IMG/VR virus record: IMGVR_UViG_3300031965_000055
Coordinates: 1 to 45,534 of that record
Source: a virus
Taxonomy: Duplodnaviria > Caudoviricetes
Reading direction: 5' to 3' (one strand)
DNA length: 45,534 bases
Shown here: one piece after another, positions 1 through 8,136 of the stretch
Position numbering within the stretch: position 1 is the first letter of the stretch
Layout: each line of letters starts with the position of its first letter
Program-made: the position numbers and the translations under genes
Notes under the pieces: generated by a model
Told to the model about the DNA's origin: nothing
The model's input: the letters and a program-made list of their open reading frames with translations, nothing else
Databases searched by the model: none

Positions 1-179
1 TCTTCGAACTTGTGCACCAGGTAGCCGACCGAGAGGCTCGTGATGATCTTGTCGAGAACGTCTCTCCAGATCGGTTCGACGGCCTCGCGGCGCGAGAAGC
101 GCACCGTTGCGCGCCCCTCCTTCTTCGTCAACGTCACGGACTCCGGCACCACGGCGCCAAGGATGTCGCCCACGGAATA
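1..179. repeat. Terminal direct repeat (left copy); circular assembly overlap
   Basis: Identical to 45356-45534 except positions 128 (T vs C) and 131 (A vs G). Confidence 0.95.
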
Positions 180-446
180 GCTGCTGTGGCTGTCGAGCAG
201 GGGCGCGCCGGAGTTGAGGCGCTCGAGCCGAACGTGGGCGGGATCGAGAGACAGAACCTCGAGGTAACGCTGACCCGAATACCAGTCGTACCGCTGAATG
301 GCGGCGCCGGTCGTCCAGACCACCTCGACGGTGCGCTCCTCCTCGTTGACCGTCTGCGGGGCCACGGCCGCCCGGAAGGCGAGGCCAGGCATCTCGACAA
401 CGCGAGGGGTACCGGGGGGCGGCGTCACGGCGGGGCGCGGCTTCAC
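1..446 (-). CDS. 5' part of prohead protease-major capsid fusion (continues across the origin into 45355-43711)
   Basis: Manual translation from GTG 446 gives MKPRPAV...TVNEEERTVEVVWTTGAAIQRYDW...RLNSGAPLLDSH..SVGDILG, in frame with ORF 43711..45528. These motifs are typical of HK97-type prohead proteases. Start codon uncertain. Confidence 0.85.
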   Translation of the reverse strand, partial: MKPRPAVTPPPGTPRVVEMPGLAFRAAVAPQTVNEEERTVEVVWTTGAAIQRYDWYSGQRYLEVLSLDPAHVRLERLNSGAPLLDSHSSYSVGDILGAVVPESVTLTKKEGRATVRFSRREAVEPIWRDVLDKIITSLSVGYLVHKFE

Positions 447-506
447 GGGACGAGGGTGCACGACCGGGCAGTCGTCGGTGAAGATGTCGATTTGACAGGA
501 TCCCGT

Positions 507-728
507 TCAACCCGCTGGAGAGATGAACCCGGCCGGGCTGGGACTCGAGAGGTGGCCCTTTCGGTGGAGGGCTGACAGGTAGCCTTGCACCGTCGGAAGC
601 GTCACGCCAAGTCGACGGGCAATGGCGCGCATCGACGGCGCCTCTCCCATGACCGTGAGCGACGCACTGATGAGGTTCAGCGCTTCCTGCTGTCGAGGCG
701 TCAGTCCCGCTCGATCGCCTCCAGGCAC
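507..728 (-). CDS. LexA N-terminal-like winged-helix DNA-binding protein
   Basis: LTPRQQEALNLI...GEAPSMRAIARRLGVTLPTVQGYLSALHRKGHL matches the LexA DNA-binding pattern (LTxRQ...PSxREIA..LG..S...V..HL..L..KG). Start uncertain. Confidence 0.7.
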   Translation of the reverse strand: MPGGDRAGLTPRQQEALNLISASLTVMGEAPSMRAIARRLGVTLPTVQGYLSALHRKGHLSSPSPAGFISPAG

Positions 729-955
729 GCCGCCCACCCCGCCTTCCACCCCTTGTCGTGCCAGTCTCGGCTGTAGGCGTCCACCTTCGGCGATGGCGGC
801 GCCGGGGCGGCGCGCATGGCGGCGAGTCGCTCCCGCAGCGCGCGCAGCTCGCCCGCGGCCCCCTTCCCGCTCGTCTCGGCCGCGGGCGCGGCCTCCCTGT
901 TCTCCAGGCTCATCCCGCGCTCCGGTGTGCTGAGGTCTGTCGGTCGCACTGCCAT
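701..955 (-). CDS. Hypothetical protein
   Basis: 84-aa ORF with GGAGG RBS upstream of the ATG, co-oriented with the head genes. Confidence 0.6.
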   Translation of the reverse strand: MAVRPTDLSTPERGMSLENREAAPAAETSGKGAAGELRALRERLAAMRAAPAPPSPKVDAYSRDWHDKGWKAGWAACLEAIERD

Positions 956-1026
956 TTGGTTCCTCCAATACCTCGATGTCGTCGAGACGGACGATTTGCT
1001 CGTCTTCGGCTTCCCGTGGCCACGCG

Positions 1027-3759
1027 CTACCGGGCACGGTTTCCCTTTTTCTTGATCACGCGCGCAGCCGGCTCGGAGACGAGCGCGGTGATCCTTCCCT
1101 CCGAATCGCGCTCCACCACGCGCCGCCTGGCGGGAACGTGCACCGTGTCCGCGATGGTCAGTGGGAGCTGCACTTCGGTCCGCACGGCTCCATCCGCGAT
1201 CGTCGTGCGAGCGTCCACGCGAACCGCGTCCTTCGCGATCGTCACGCTCGGAGGAGTGATATGGAGTGCGCCCTCTTCGATCGTCGTTCGTGCATCTACC
1301 TGAAGCGCCCCCTTTTCGACGCGCAGGACCACGGGTGCAGCCGCGCGGGCGTGAGCCGCGGCAACGAGCGCCATGCGCTCCTCGTGCGCTCTCTCCGCGG
1401 CCTCCTCCTCCCTGTCGTCTTCGTCCCCATCATCGCCGGCCGTGGGCTTCGCTAGAGGTGGCTCGGACGGTTCTGGCGGCTCCGTGAATGTGTCGCCGCC
1501 CGTGCCCTGCGTGGGGTGCCGAGGGTTGCCCTGCTGCGTCGTGTTGCGGGGATCGCTGTCGAGGATGATCTTCATTTCGTCCAGCCTCTTGTTGTCCGTG
1601 GCGATTTCGGCGAACACCTCCTCGGGGTCGTAGCCGCGTGCGCGTAGCGATCCCGAGAGCGTATCGATCCCCATGCGGATGTTGCGCCCGATCGCCAGGC
1701 CCTCTTTGTCGGGCTCGATCATCGGCATTGGCGGCGCTGTCCACAGTGCGCCAGGAGCGTCTCCGAGCCCCATGACACCGGCCGCCTCCATCGCCCACGC
1801 CCAGGCGGGATCGCAGAACTGGGGGATCAGCATTTGCCATCGCCAGTCCTCCACGCGGTCCCAATGAGCGATGCGGGACATCCGAGCGGCCGAGAACGGC
1901 AGTCCGGTGTTGTGCGAACAGAGCCCCTCTGTAATCACGGTCTGCGTGGTCGTGGAGAGGGTGACCACTAAACCGACGCCCTCCGCGATCGCAGACTCAA
2001 CTACCGCGTGCGTCTGCATGCCCTGCTTGCCCTTCCCGCCGGACATGGCCTTCCCGTCGTAGATGGCGGGCGCCTTCGGGAGCAGCCGCGTCGGACGCAC
2101 CTCGCCCAGGAATCGCAGGCATTCCGCCGTGCCGAATACCTCCCACGACTGGCAATCACCACGGCCGTTCGCTCGGCACAGCCTTGGAGAAAAGCCGAGA
2201 GCCCGGAGAGCGGTACCGATTTCATCGAGTACGGCCCCGGGGTTCTGTGCGATGCCGATATGGGCAGAGTCGCTGTCGACCCACCCCTCACCGTCGGCGA
2301 TGCCTTTCAGATATCCGTGAAGGTGTGTTTGTCCCTCCTCCCAGGGCTTGGACAGGAAAGCGATTCGATCACCGGCCTTCAATTCGTCCGCGCGCACCCA
2401 GACGTGCCCGTATCCAGCCTTGGGAGACCAGCGCACGCCCTGCTTCCCGGTACAGAGAAACTTGTGTTCGCTGCTGACTGTGACCGTCGCTTTGTCCGTG
2501 ACCACACGCACCCTCGGCAGATCGCGTCGTCCGGCGCGCACTACCGAGGCTTGCCGCCACTTGCGACGCTGCCCCCTGCCCTCGGGCCGCTCCTCGTCAA
2601 ACGCGACGATAGGGTCGCCTCCTCTCAGCTCGTCCGCGCGCACCCATCGCAGGTCGGCACGGAGCACGCGCGTTTCAGGTGCAATGCAGTAGTCGCCGGT
2701 CAGGTCTTCGTACGTCACGCCGAGGCCAGCGGCGATCGTGCGCAGCGAGGCCTTCGTGTAGTCGGCGTAATCCCGCACGCTCGGCGGCGCAATCGTCTCG
2801 ACCGTCGTACCTTGCGGGACGTGGCCGATCCAGCCGGGCTCGAGACTGTCGATCTGCGGGCTCTGCGAGGTGTCTGCGGTACCCAGCGGCGTGGCCGCTC
2901 CGTCCAGGTCGCTCACGATCACGGCCAGGCATGCCGCGATCTTCTGCTTCATCAGCGTCGCGTCTTCAAACTCGTCGTGATCTTTGAATCTAAGCACGAC
3001 CGGCGCGAACCAAGACGGGCCGCGCACCTGGCCTGGACGCTCCTTGTAGTAGACGTGCTGAATGCCATCGCTCGGGATACGTACGGAAGCATCTGCGGTA
3101 GACGTGTCCGAGCCTGGATGCTCGCGGAAGAGCCAGTAGGCGACACGCCGGCCCAGCGCGTTGAACTCGACGCCGTGGATGATCCTGCCGTAGCTCGTGC
3201 CGTCCCTGTTTCGGAGGATCTCGTGCTTCAGGGTGTCGATGTAGTCGGGGTCGAGCACCTGGAGCTGAAGCGGGATCGGCAACCCGTCCTCGGGTCGGCG
3301 AAAGCGCCGACGCACCAGAACCTCGCCCGACTCGATGACAGTGCGCATGACGAGCTTCTGCAGGCCGCTGAAGTCGTGCTGACCGTCCGAGTCGCACGCG
3401 GTTGTGCCGGCCCACGCGTTCCAGAGGTCCGCGGCCCGCTGGTTTTTCGGTTTGGGCTTCGCCACGATCCCCCACCCCACGACGTGATTCGTGATAGTCC
3501 TGCTCGCGCTCTTTGCGTTGCCGTTGTTCCGCACCAGGTCGCGCGCTCCCGCGCGCAACTGCGAGAGCGCGGGAGCGACTACCGCATTGGCATCGCCACC
3601 ACCGCGGTACCAGCCCTGTGTGCGCCGGCCCGTGGCTGCACCCTCGTAGTGCCTCTGGAGCAGCTCCAGCGCGATCCGGGCACGCTCACGCCGTAGCGCC
3701 ACTCGGGGCGCCAAAAAGCTGATCATCCGGTTCAGCCACGTGGGGCCGTCCAAGGTCAC
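1027..3759 (-). CDS. Lambda-family portal protein containing an intein
   Basis: Motifs YEGA...RR, LRAGARDLVRNN, SGEVLVR, LQLQVLDPD, GVEFNALGRRVAY, RPGQVRG, IAAGLGVTYEDLTGDY and LDSDPR. Located downstream of terminase and gpW-like genes. Confidence 0.95.
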   Translation of the reverse strand: MTLDGPTWLNRMISFLAPRVALRRERARIALELLQRHYEGAATGRRTQGWYRGGGDANAVVAPALSQLRAGARDLVRNNGNAKSASRTITNHVVGWGIVAKPKPKNQRAADLWNAWAGTTACDSDGQHDFSGLQKLVMRTVIESGEVLVRRRFRRPEDGLPIPLQLQVLDPDYIDTLKHEILRNRDGTSYGRIIHGVEFNALGRRVAYWLFREHPGSDTSTADASVRIPSDGIQHVYYKERPGQVRGPSWFAPVVLRFKDHDEFEDATLMKQKIAACLAVIVSDLDGAATPLGTADTSQSPQIDSLEPGWIGHVPQGTTVETIAPPSVRDYADYTKASLRTIAAGLGVTYEDLTGDYCIAPETRVLRADLRWVRADELRGGDPIVAFDEERPEGRGQRRKWRQASVVRAGRRDLPRVRVVTDKATVTVSSEHKFLCTGKQGVRWSPKAGYGHVWVRADELKAGDRIAFLSKPWEEGQTHLHGYLKGIADGEGWVDSDSAHIGIAQNPGAVLDEIGTALRALGFSPRLCRANGRGDCQSWEVFGTAECLRFLGEVRPTRLLPKAPAIYDGKAMSGGKGKQGMQTHAVVESAIAEGVGLVVTLSTTTQTVITEGLCSHNTGLPFSAARMSRIAHWDRVEDWRWQMLIPQFCDPAWAWAMEAAGVMGLGDAPGALWTAPPMPMIEPDKEGLAIGRNIRMGIDTLSGSLRARGYDPEEVFAEIATDNKRLDEMKIILDSDPRNTTQQGNPRHPTQGTGGDTFTEPPEPSEPPLAKPTAGDDGDEDDREEEAAERAHEERMALVAAAHARAAAPVVLRVEKGALQVDARTTIEEGALHITPPSVTIAKDAVRVDARTTIADGAVRTEVQLPLTIADTVHVPARRRVVERDSEGRITALVSEPAARVIKKKGNRAR
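1909..2688 (-). mobile_element. Intein (260 aa) with one LAGLIDADG-like motif, inserted in the portal
   Basis: Starts CIAPETRVL after LTGDY. Block B is VSSEHKFL, followed by YLKGIADGEG and LDEIGTALRALGF. Ends GLCSHN followed by Thr(+1). Removal restores LTGDY-TGLPFSAARMS. Confidence 0.93.
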
Positions 3760-3965
3760 ACCCCCTTACTGGTTGCCGCGAGCCGATAGTTTTTGGGATC
3801 GCTGCTGCTGACGGAGAGTGACTGCGCCATCAGCGCTCGAAGCTTCAGCATGTCGTCGATCGAGCGGAATTCGAACTCTTGATCCCGAAATTTCAGGCGC
3901 TGGATGGCGCCCCCGGCCGCGAGTGCGGCGTCGAGCTTGTCGAGGTCGGCCTGTTCCCACGCCAT
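3756..3965 (-). CDS. gpW-like head-tail joining protein
   Basis: 69 aa between terminase and portal, with the pattern L..L.AA.A.G...(V/L).F.D...E(Y/F)RS...L. Confidence 0.8.
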   Translation of the reverse strand: MAWEQADLDKLDAALAAGGAIQRLKFRDQEFEFRSIDDMLKLRALMAQSLSVSSSDPKNYRLAATSKGV

Positions 3966-3984
3966 CTATTTTTCCTCCTCAGCC

Positions 3985-4212
3985 CTACGTACCCGAAACC
4001 GGATCAGGATCCTGAACCGGTGCGGCGGGTTCGGGAGCGGCGGTGAAACGCGCGAGCCCGGGGCCGCGCGCCTGCGCGATGTAGTGCGCGATCTCCTCGT
4101 CGTCCTTCACAACGTGGACGTGGAGCGTCTGCTCTGGGGTGATGTTCACGTGTACGTGCTCCGCCGCCACGGGTACCGCAGCACGCGCTGTGGTCGGTTC
4201 CTTTTTTGCCAT
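3985..4212 (-). CDS. Hypothetical protein
   Basis: MAKKEPTTARAA... with AAGGA RBS, lying in the packaging operon. Confidence 0.5.
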   Translation of the reverse strand: MAKKEPTTARAAVPVAAEHVHVNITPEQTLHVHVVKDDEEIAHYIAQARGPGLARFTAAPEPAAPVQDPDPVSGT

Positions 4213-4244
4213 CAGTCCTTCTCCTTCTCGTTTTGGTCGAGACG

Positions 4245-4421
4245 TCATCGGAGCCACTTCCGCCGGCGTGGGCCGAGCCAGCGATCGCGCCCATCGAGGG
4301 CAACGCTGCGCGCGTCCTCGTAGTTCCAGCGATCGCGCGTGGGCGCCGGCCGCGTGACGGCCTTCACGACCGCGGAGGCCGCCTTCTTCAGTGCCTTTCC
4401 CGTCGTGTCGAGGATCTTCAC
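4245..4421 (-). CDS. Small basic hypothetical protein
   Basis: GTG start overlapping the terminase stop (GTGA coupling). Confidence 0.4.
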   Translation of the reverse strand: MKILDTTGKALKKAASAVVKAVTRPAPTRDRWNYEDARSVALDGRDRWLGPRRRKWLR

Positions 4422-6307
4422 GAGCGCCTCCGGCGCAACCACGGCTCGCGCGCGGGTGGCTGCGGTGCCGACGGCGGTGTCTCCGGAGAGAGCGCGCGCT
4501 CGAGCGCGACCCAGTCGGTTTCCTTCCAGCGGTCCAGCCCGACCAGGGCCGCCGCAGCCCTGGCATACGCGCGGCAGTCCAGGACGTGGTTCTCTCGGCC
4601 TGGGATCAGCTCCCACTCGAGGTTGACGAAGCCCCGCCGGTTCTTGTGCGAGACCAGGTGCTCGGCGGTCAGTTGCTTGAAATAGTCGTCGTCGTATTCT
4701 GGGAAATGGCAGTAGCCTGGAGGAAAAGGCTCCTCATCGGTGGGCGTGGCCAGCCTCAGCCACCCGTAGAGCTCGCTTTTCGCGACGCTGCCGCAGACCG
4801 GCCAGACCTTGTAGCCGAACACCGGACGCTTGCCGCGCGCGGTCACCTCGACCGACGACGGCGTCCCGATCAGCACGCCCCCGCTCGCCTGTCCCTTGAT
4901 CGCGATGACGCGGTTTAGCGGGTATTTCTTGCACCAGGTGTAGACCGTCTGCGTGTTGTAGCCGCTGTCGACGGCCAGCATGCGGACGGGCATCTCGGCC
5001 CCGTCCTCGTGCGGGTAGACACGCGCGAGCAGCTCGTCGAGCTGCTGCCATGGCCCGCCCTCGAGGTCGGCCGTGTCGCCGGGCAGGACCCCGTAGTCGA
5101 TCGACCACGAGGACTTGCCGCGGCCCCAGGCCACGATCTCGACGATGATCCGGTCCTTCTGCACGTCGGCTCCCGCGGTGAGGACCAGGCCGCCGCGCGG
5201 TACCGTCCCCATCTCGTAACCCGCGCGCCGCTCATACAGCCGCTCCCACTCCGGGGCCTCGCCGCGCTCGCGCCACGTCTCCCCGAGCACGGTGTTCGTG
5301 AACACGCGCAGCTTCGTCGGGTTCTTGTGGACCTTCACAAACTGCTCGGCGATCTCACCCCAGGACATCCAGCCCACGGGCGAGTAGAGCGCCGAGATGT
5401 GATAGCCGCGGTAGCGCTGGTCGGCGTCGGGATCCTGCGCGCGCCACTCGCCGCGCTCGAGCATCTCCGTCTTGGCCCCTTCCTCGATCGGCTCCTCGCA
5501 CGCGCGGCACACGTAGACGGCCTGGGCCGCCGGCCGCCCGAGCTTCGTCCACGTCAGGCGCCCGAACTCGAGCGGTTGCATCGCCCCGCAGTGCGGGCAC
5601 GGCACGTAGTAGAGCCGCTGGTCGGTCGCCTCGTAGGCGCGCTCGATCGCCGAGGAGTCCGCGATCGTGGGCGTGCTCACCTTCAGGCGCTTGCGCCGCG
5701 GGAACGTGCGCTGCCGGGCCTCGGCCAGCTCGATCGGCGAGCCCTCCTCGTCGACGTCCATCGGATAGCCGTCGATCTCGTCGAGCAGCAGCCAGCGCGC
5801 CGGCATCGAGCGCAGGCCGACGGCGCTGTTCGCGCCGGTGATCACGAGCAGCCCGCCCATGAACTCCTTCGACAACATGCTGCTGTGGGCGTCGCGGCTC
5901 CTCGTGTCGCGGCTGCGCGCGTCGGCGACCTTCCCGGTGAGCCGCGGCGTGGCGTCGACGAGCGGCTCGATGCGCTGCCGGCTGAACCGCTTCGCGAGGT
6001 CGACCGTCGGCTGCACCAATAGCGCCGGCCCCGGAGCGTGGTCGATGACGTAGCCGAGCACGTTCAGCAGGACCTCGGACCCGCCGAGCTGCGCGCCCTT
6101 CATCAGCACGACCTCTTCGATCTCCGAGGTCGAGGAAAGGGCGTCCATGATCTCGCGCAGGTAGGGCGTCCGCATGGTGCGCCACTGGCCGGGCTCGGCC
6201 GAGGACTTCTGCGGCAGCACGCGGTGCGCGTCGGCCCACGCGCTGACCGAGATGTCGGGCTCCGGTCGCAGTCCGGATGCCATGCCAGACCACACCTGGT
6301 TACTCAT
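4418..6307 (-). CDS. Terminase large subunit, lambda GpA family
   Basis: RTPYLREIMD, Walker A-like MKGAQLGGSE, Walker B LLLDEIDGYP, VSTPT, YYVPCPHCG, GADVQ, VDSG and NHVLDCRAYA. The ATG at 6307 overlaps the upstream gene's 3' end. Confidence 0.96.
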   Translation of the reverse strand: MSNQVWSGMASGLRPEPDISVSAWADAHRVLPQKSSAEPGQWRTMRTPYLREIMDALSSTSEIEEVVLMKGAQLGGSEVLLNVLGYVIDHAPGPALLVQPTVDLAKRFSRQRIEPLVDATPRLTGKVADARSRDTRSRDAHSSMLSKEFMGGLLVITGANSAVGLRSMPARWLLLDEIDGYPMDVDEEGSPIELAEARQRTFPRRKRLKVSTPTIADSSAIERAYEATDQRLYYVPCPHCGAMQPLEFGRLTWTKLGRPAAQAVYVCRACEEPIEEGAKTEMLERGEWRAQDPDADQRYRGYHISALYSPVGWMSWGEIAEQFVKVHKNPTKLRVFTNTVLGETWRERGEAPEWERLYERRAGYEMGTVPRGGLVLTAGADVQKDRIIVEIVAWGRGKSSWSIDYGVLPGDTADLEGGPWQQLDELLARVYPHEDGAEMPVRMLAVDSGYNTQTVYTWCKKYPLNRVIAIKGQASGGVLIGTPSSVEVTARGKRPVFGYKVWPVCGSVAKSELYGWLRLATPTDEEPFPPGYCHFPEYDDDYFKQLTAEHLVSHKNRRGFVNLEWELIPGRENHVLDCRAYARAAAALVGLDRWKETDWVALERALSPETPPSAPQPPAREPWLRRRRS

Positions 6308-6845
6308 GCTCGAGCTCGTCAGCGATCTCGCCGAGGGCCTGCCGGAGCTCGGCGCGGATTCGGTTGCGCAGCGCAGGGTCCAGCTCGGCGAGGCGGTCGG
6401 GGACGTTGAGGATCCGCTCGCGAATGATTCGGGCGGCCTCGAAGTAGTGGCGCTTGACGGTCTCGCGGTCGAGGAGCTCGCCGCTCCGCTGACGGTTGGC
6501 CAGCTCGAGAGCAACAGCGCGAGCGACAGCGACGCGATACTGCGCCTGGACCAGGGTGCCGCCGGGCTGGGTCGCTTCTCGACGGGGCGTGACGACCGCG
6601 CGGGCCTGGCGGCCACCCCGGCGGCCATCGTTTGCCGGCTGGCCGGCCCCGGCGGCCCACTCGCGCCGTGCGAGGGCCAAGTCGGTGACGTGCGGACCAC
6701 GGGCGTCACGAGCGATGCTCCCGCTCAACCGGCCGGAGCGGACACCCTTGATGACCGCGGGATGCGAGACCTTGAGCTTCTTCGCCAGGGCGCGGAGGGA
6801 CAGCCGAGCCGGCGCACCGCCGTGCTTCGCCTTGGACACAGGCAT
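6300..6845 (-). CDS. Probable terminase small subunit (Nu1-like)
   Basis: N-terminal HTH (LSLRALAKKLKVSHPAVIKGVRSGRL) and C-terminal GELLD...IRERILNVPDRLA, directly upstream of TerL. Confidence 0.8.
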   Translation of the reverse strand: MPVSKAKHGGAPARLSLRALAKKLKVSHPAVIKGVRSGRLSGSIARDARGPHVTDLALARREWAAGAGQPANDGRRGGRQARAVVTPRREATQPGGTLVQAQYRVAVARAVALELANRQRSGELLDRETVKRHYFEAARIIRERILNVPDRLAELDPALRNRIRAELRQALGEIADELEHE

Positions 6846-7110
6846 TCAAGCGGCCCGCCTCGGGCGTCTGGTCTCGCCCGGCAGCTTGTCGTTCTTCTTG
6901 AGGTTGCAGCTCAGGTGCGCAAGTTGGACGTTGTCGGAACCGTCCTTTCCGCCACGGCTGACCGGGACCTTGCCGCAAAGCGTGCACGTTGCCGGTCGTT
7001 GACCGACCTTGCTTCGCGATGGTCGGCACTCCGGCGAACAGAACTGCCTGCCAGGCTTGCGCTCGTACGAACGGCCGCAGGTGGAACAGTTGCGCAAGCG
7101 TGGTAACCCG
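6846..7110 (-). pseudogene. Degenerate HNH endonuclease (internal deletion)
   Basis: CxxC..FCS..C zinc motif, then CTLCGK joined directly to VPVSRGG...NVQLAHLSCNLKK. The usual DH catalytic segment before VP is missing. Start uncertain. Confidence 0.6.
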
Positions 7111-7336
7111 ACTCGGAAGGTCGGGCTCCGTGAAAATTCGCGCGGGGGGGACCCCGAACCTCTTGTCTCAAACGGAGAACCTATGTCGGCGGGGAGCCCC
7201 CCGTCTGGTGGTGTCGAGCGATAAAGACGAGACTTGGCTGTCGCCCTGCGCGCCGCCAGTGAATCTCCGATCGTGTGCGCAGTGGGAACGCGCATGCTCA
7301 TGAGTCCTTGCTTTCGCTCTGCACTCGACACGTGCA

Positions 7337-7711
7337 TCAGCCCTGCCCCAGATCGGCCAGCACGCGCAAGATGTCGTAGGCGTTGTTCGGGAAGGTGAGC
7401 CTCGATGTGCCGCTGATCACCTCGTACTCCATGCGGTGCTCGAGGGTACCCTTGGGCGGCGGTAGGCTGGGTGACGCGACCAATGCCGGCGATCCGCTCC
7501 AGTCCGCGGCCACCCACGAATAGCCGACCTCCCCCAGGAGGGGGGACCCCTCGATCGTCATCTCCCGGGAGAACAGGACGCCCGACGTGAGCAGGACGTG
7601 CAGGTGTACTGCGTCCACGCCGGTCAGGTCGTGCGGCGTCCCGTCGGGGTTGAGGAGGTTCACGCGCAGGACGGGCCGCGTGTCCCGGAGTTTCAAATGG
7701 AAGACGGCCAT
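7337..7711 (-). CDS. BppU N-terminal-like virion protein
   Basis: F.LK..DTRP.L.V.L...DG.P.DLTG...G.V.Y.W...D...EYEV......TFPN..Y pattern. Confidence 0.6.
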   Translation of the reverse strand: MAVFHLKLRDTRPVLRVNLLNPDGTPHDLTGVDAVHLHVLLTSGVLFSREMTIEGSPLLGEVGYSWVAADWSGSPALVASPSLPPPKGTLEHRMEYEVISGTSRLTFPNNAYDILRVLADLGQG

Positions 7712-7729
7712 TTGCTTAGACCTCGAGGA

Positions 7730-8131
7730 TCATGCGTTGCCGTCCGTGAGCTCGAATGCCGTGATCGTGACCACCTGATCGACGGCGATCACCACGTTGT
7801 CGAGCGAGAGGTCGCCGCTTCCCTGGCCCACTGAGCCCTGCAGGAAGCACGTCACGCCATCCGACTTGTAGAGTCGAAAGTGGGCTGCGGTGCCGGCGGC
7901 ATCTGCGGCAGTCTCCTGCCACGTGCCGCTCTTGGCCTTCGCGCCCGCGGCGGCGGCGGCCATGTAGTCGGCCGGGAGATTCATCGTGGCGAGGACCGTT
8001 CCGGTGTCGGCCGCCGCGCAGTCTGCGGGCTGCGCGCCTGTACGGATCTTCAAGATCGCGGAGGCTCCACCCTCCGTCTCGATCGCGTCCAAGCGGCCGT
8101 TGCGGGCGGCAACGCTGAGCTGTAGGGCCAT
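7730..8131 (-). CDS. Conserved virion structural protein (133 aa)
   Basis: RN..LDAI......A.LKI.TGAQP...GT.LA...GTA.HFR...QG.V pattern, common in phage structural clusters. Confidence 0.6.
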   Translation of the reverse strand: MALQLSVAARNGRLDAIETEGGASAILKIRTGAQPADCAAADTGTVLATMNLPADYMAAAAAGAKAKSGTWQETAADAAGTAAHFRLYKSDGVTCFLQGSVGQGSGDLSLDNVVIAVDQVVTITAFELTDGNA

Positions 8132-8136
8132 GACCT

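Noticed and set aside
1-179. Biological terminal repeat or DGR template/variable repeat pair
   Set aside because: The repeat falls inside the capsid gene at the contig ends and no reverse transcriptase is present. Assembly overlap is the simplest explanation.
2008-3696. Long plus-strand ORFs opposite portal, terminase and other genes
   Set aside because: These are antisense shadows typical of high-GC coding DNA, with no recognisable motifs.
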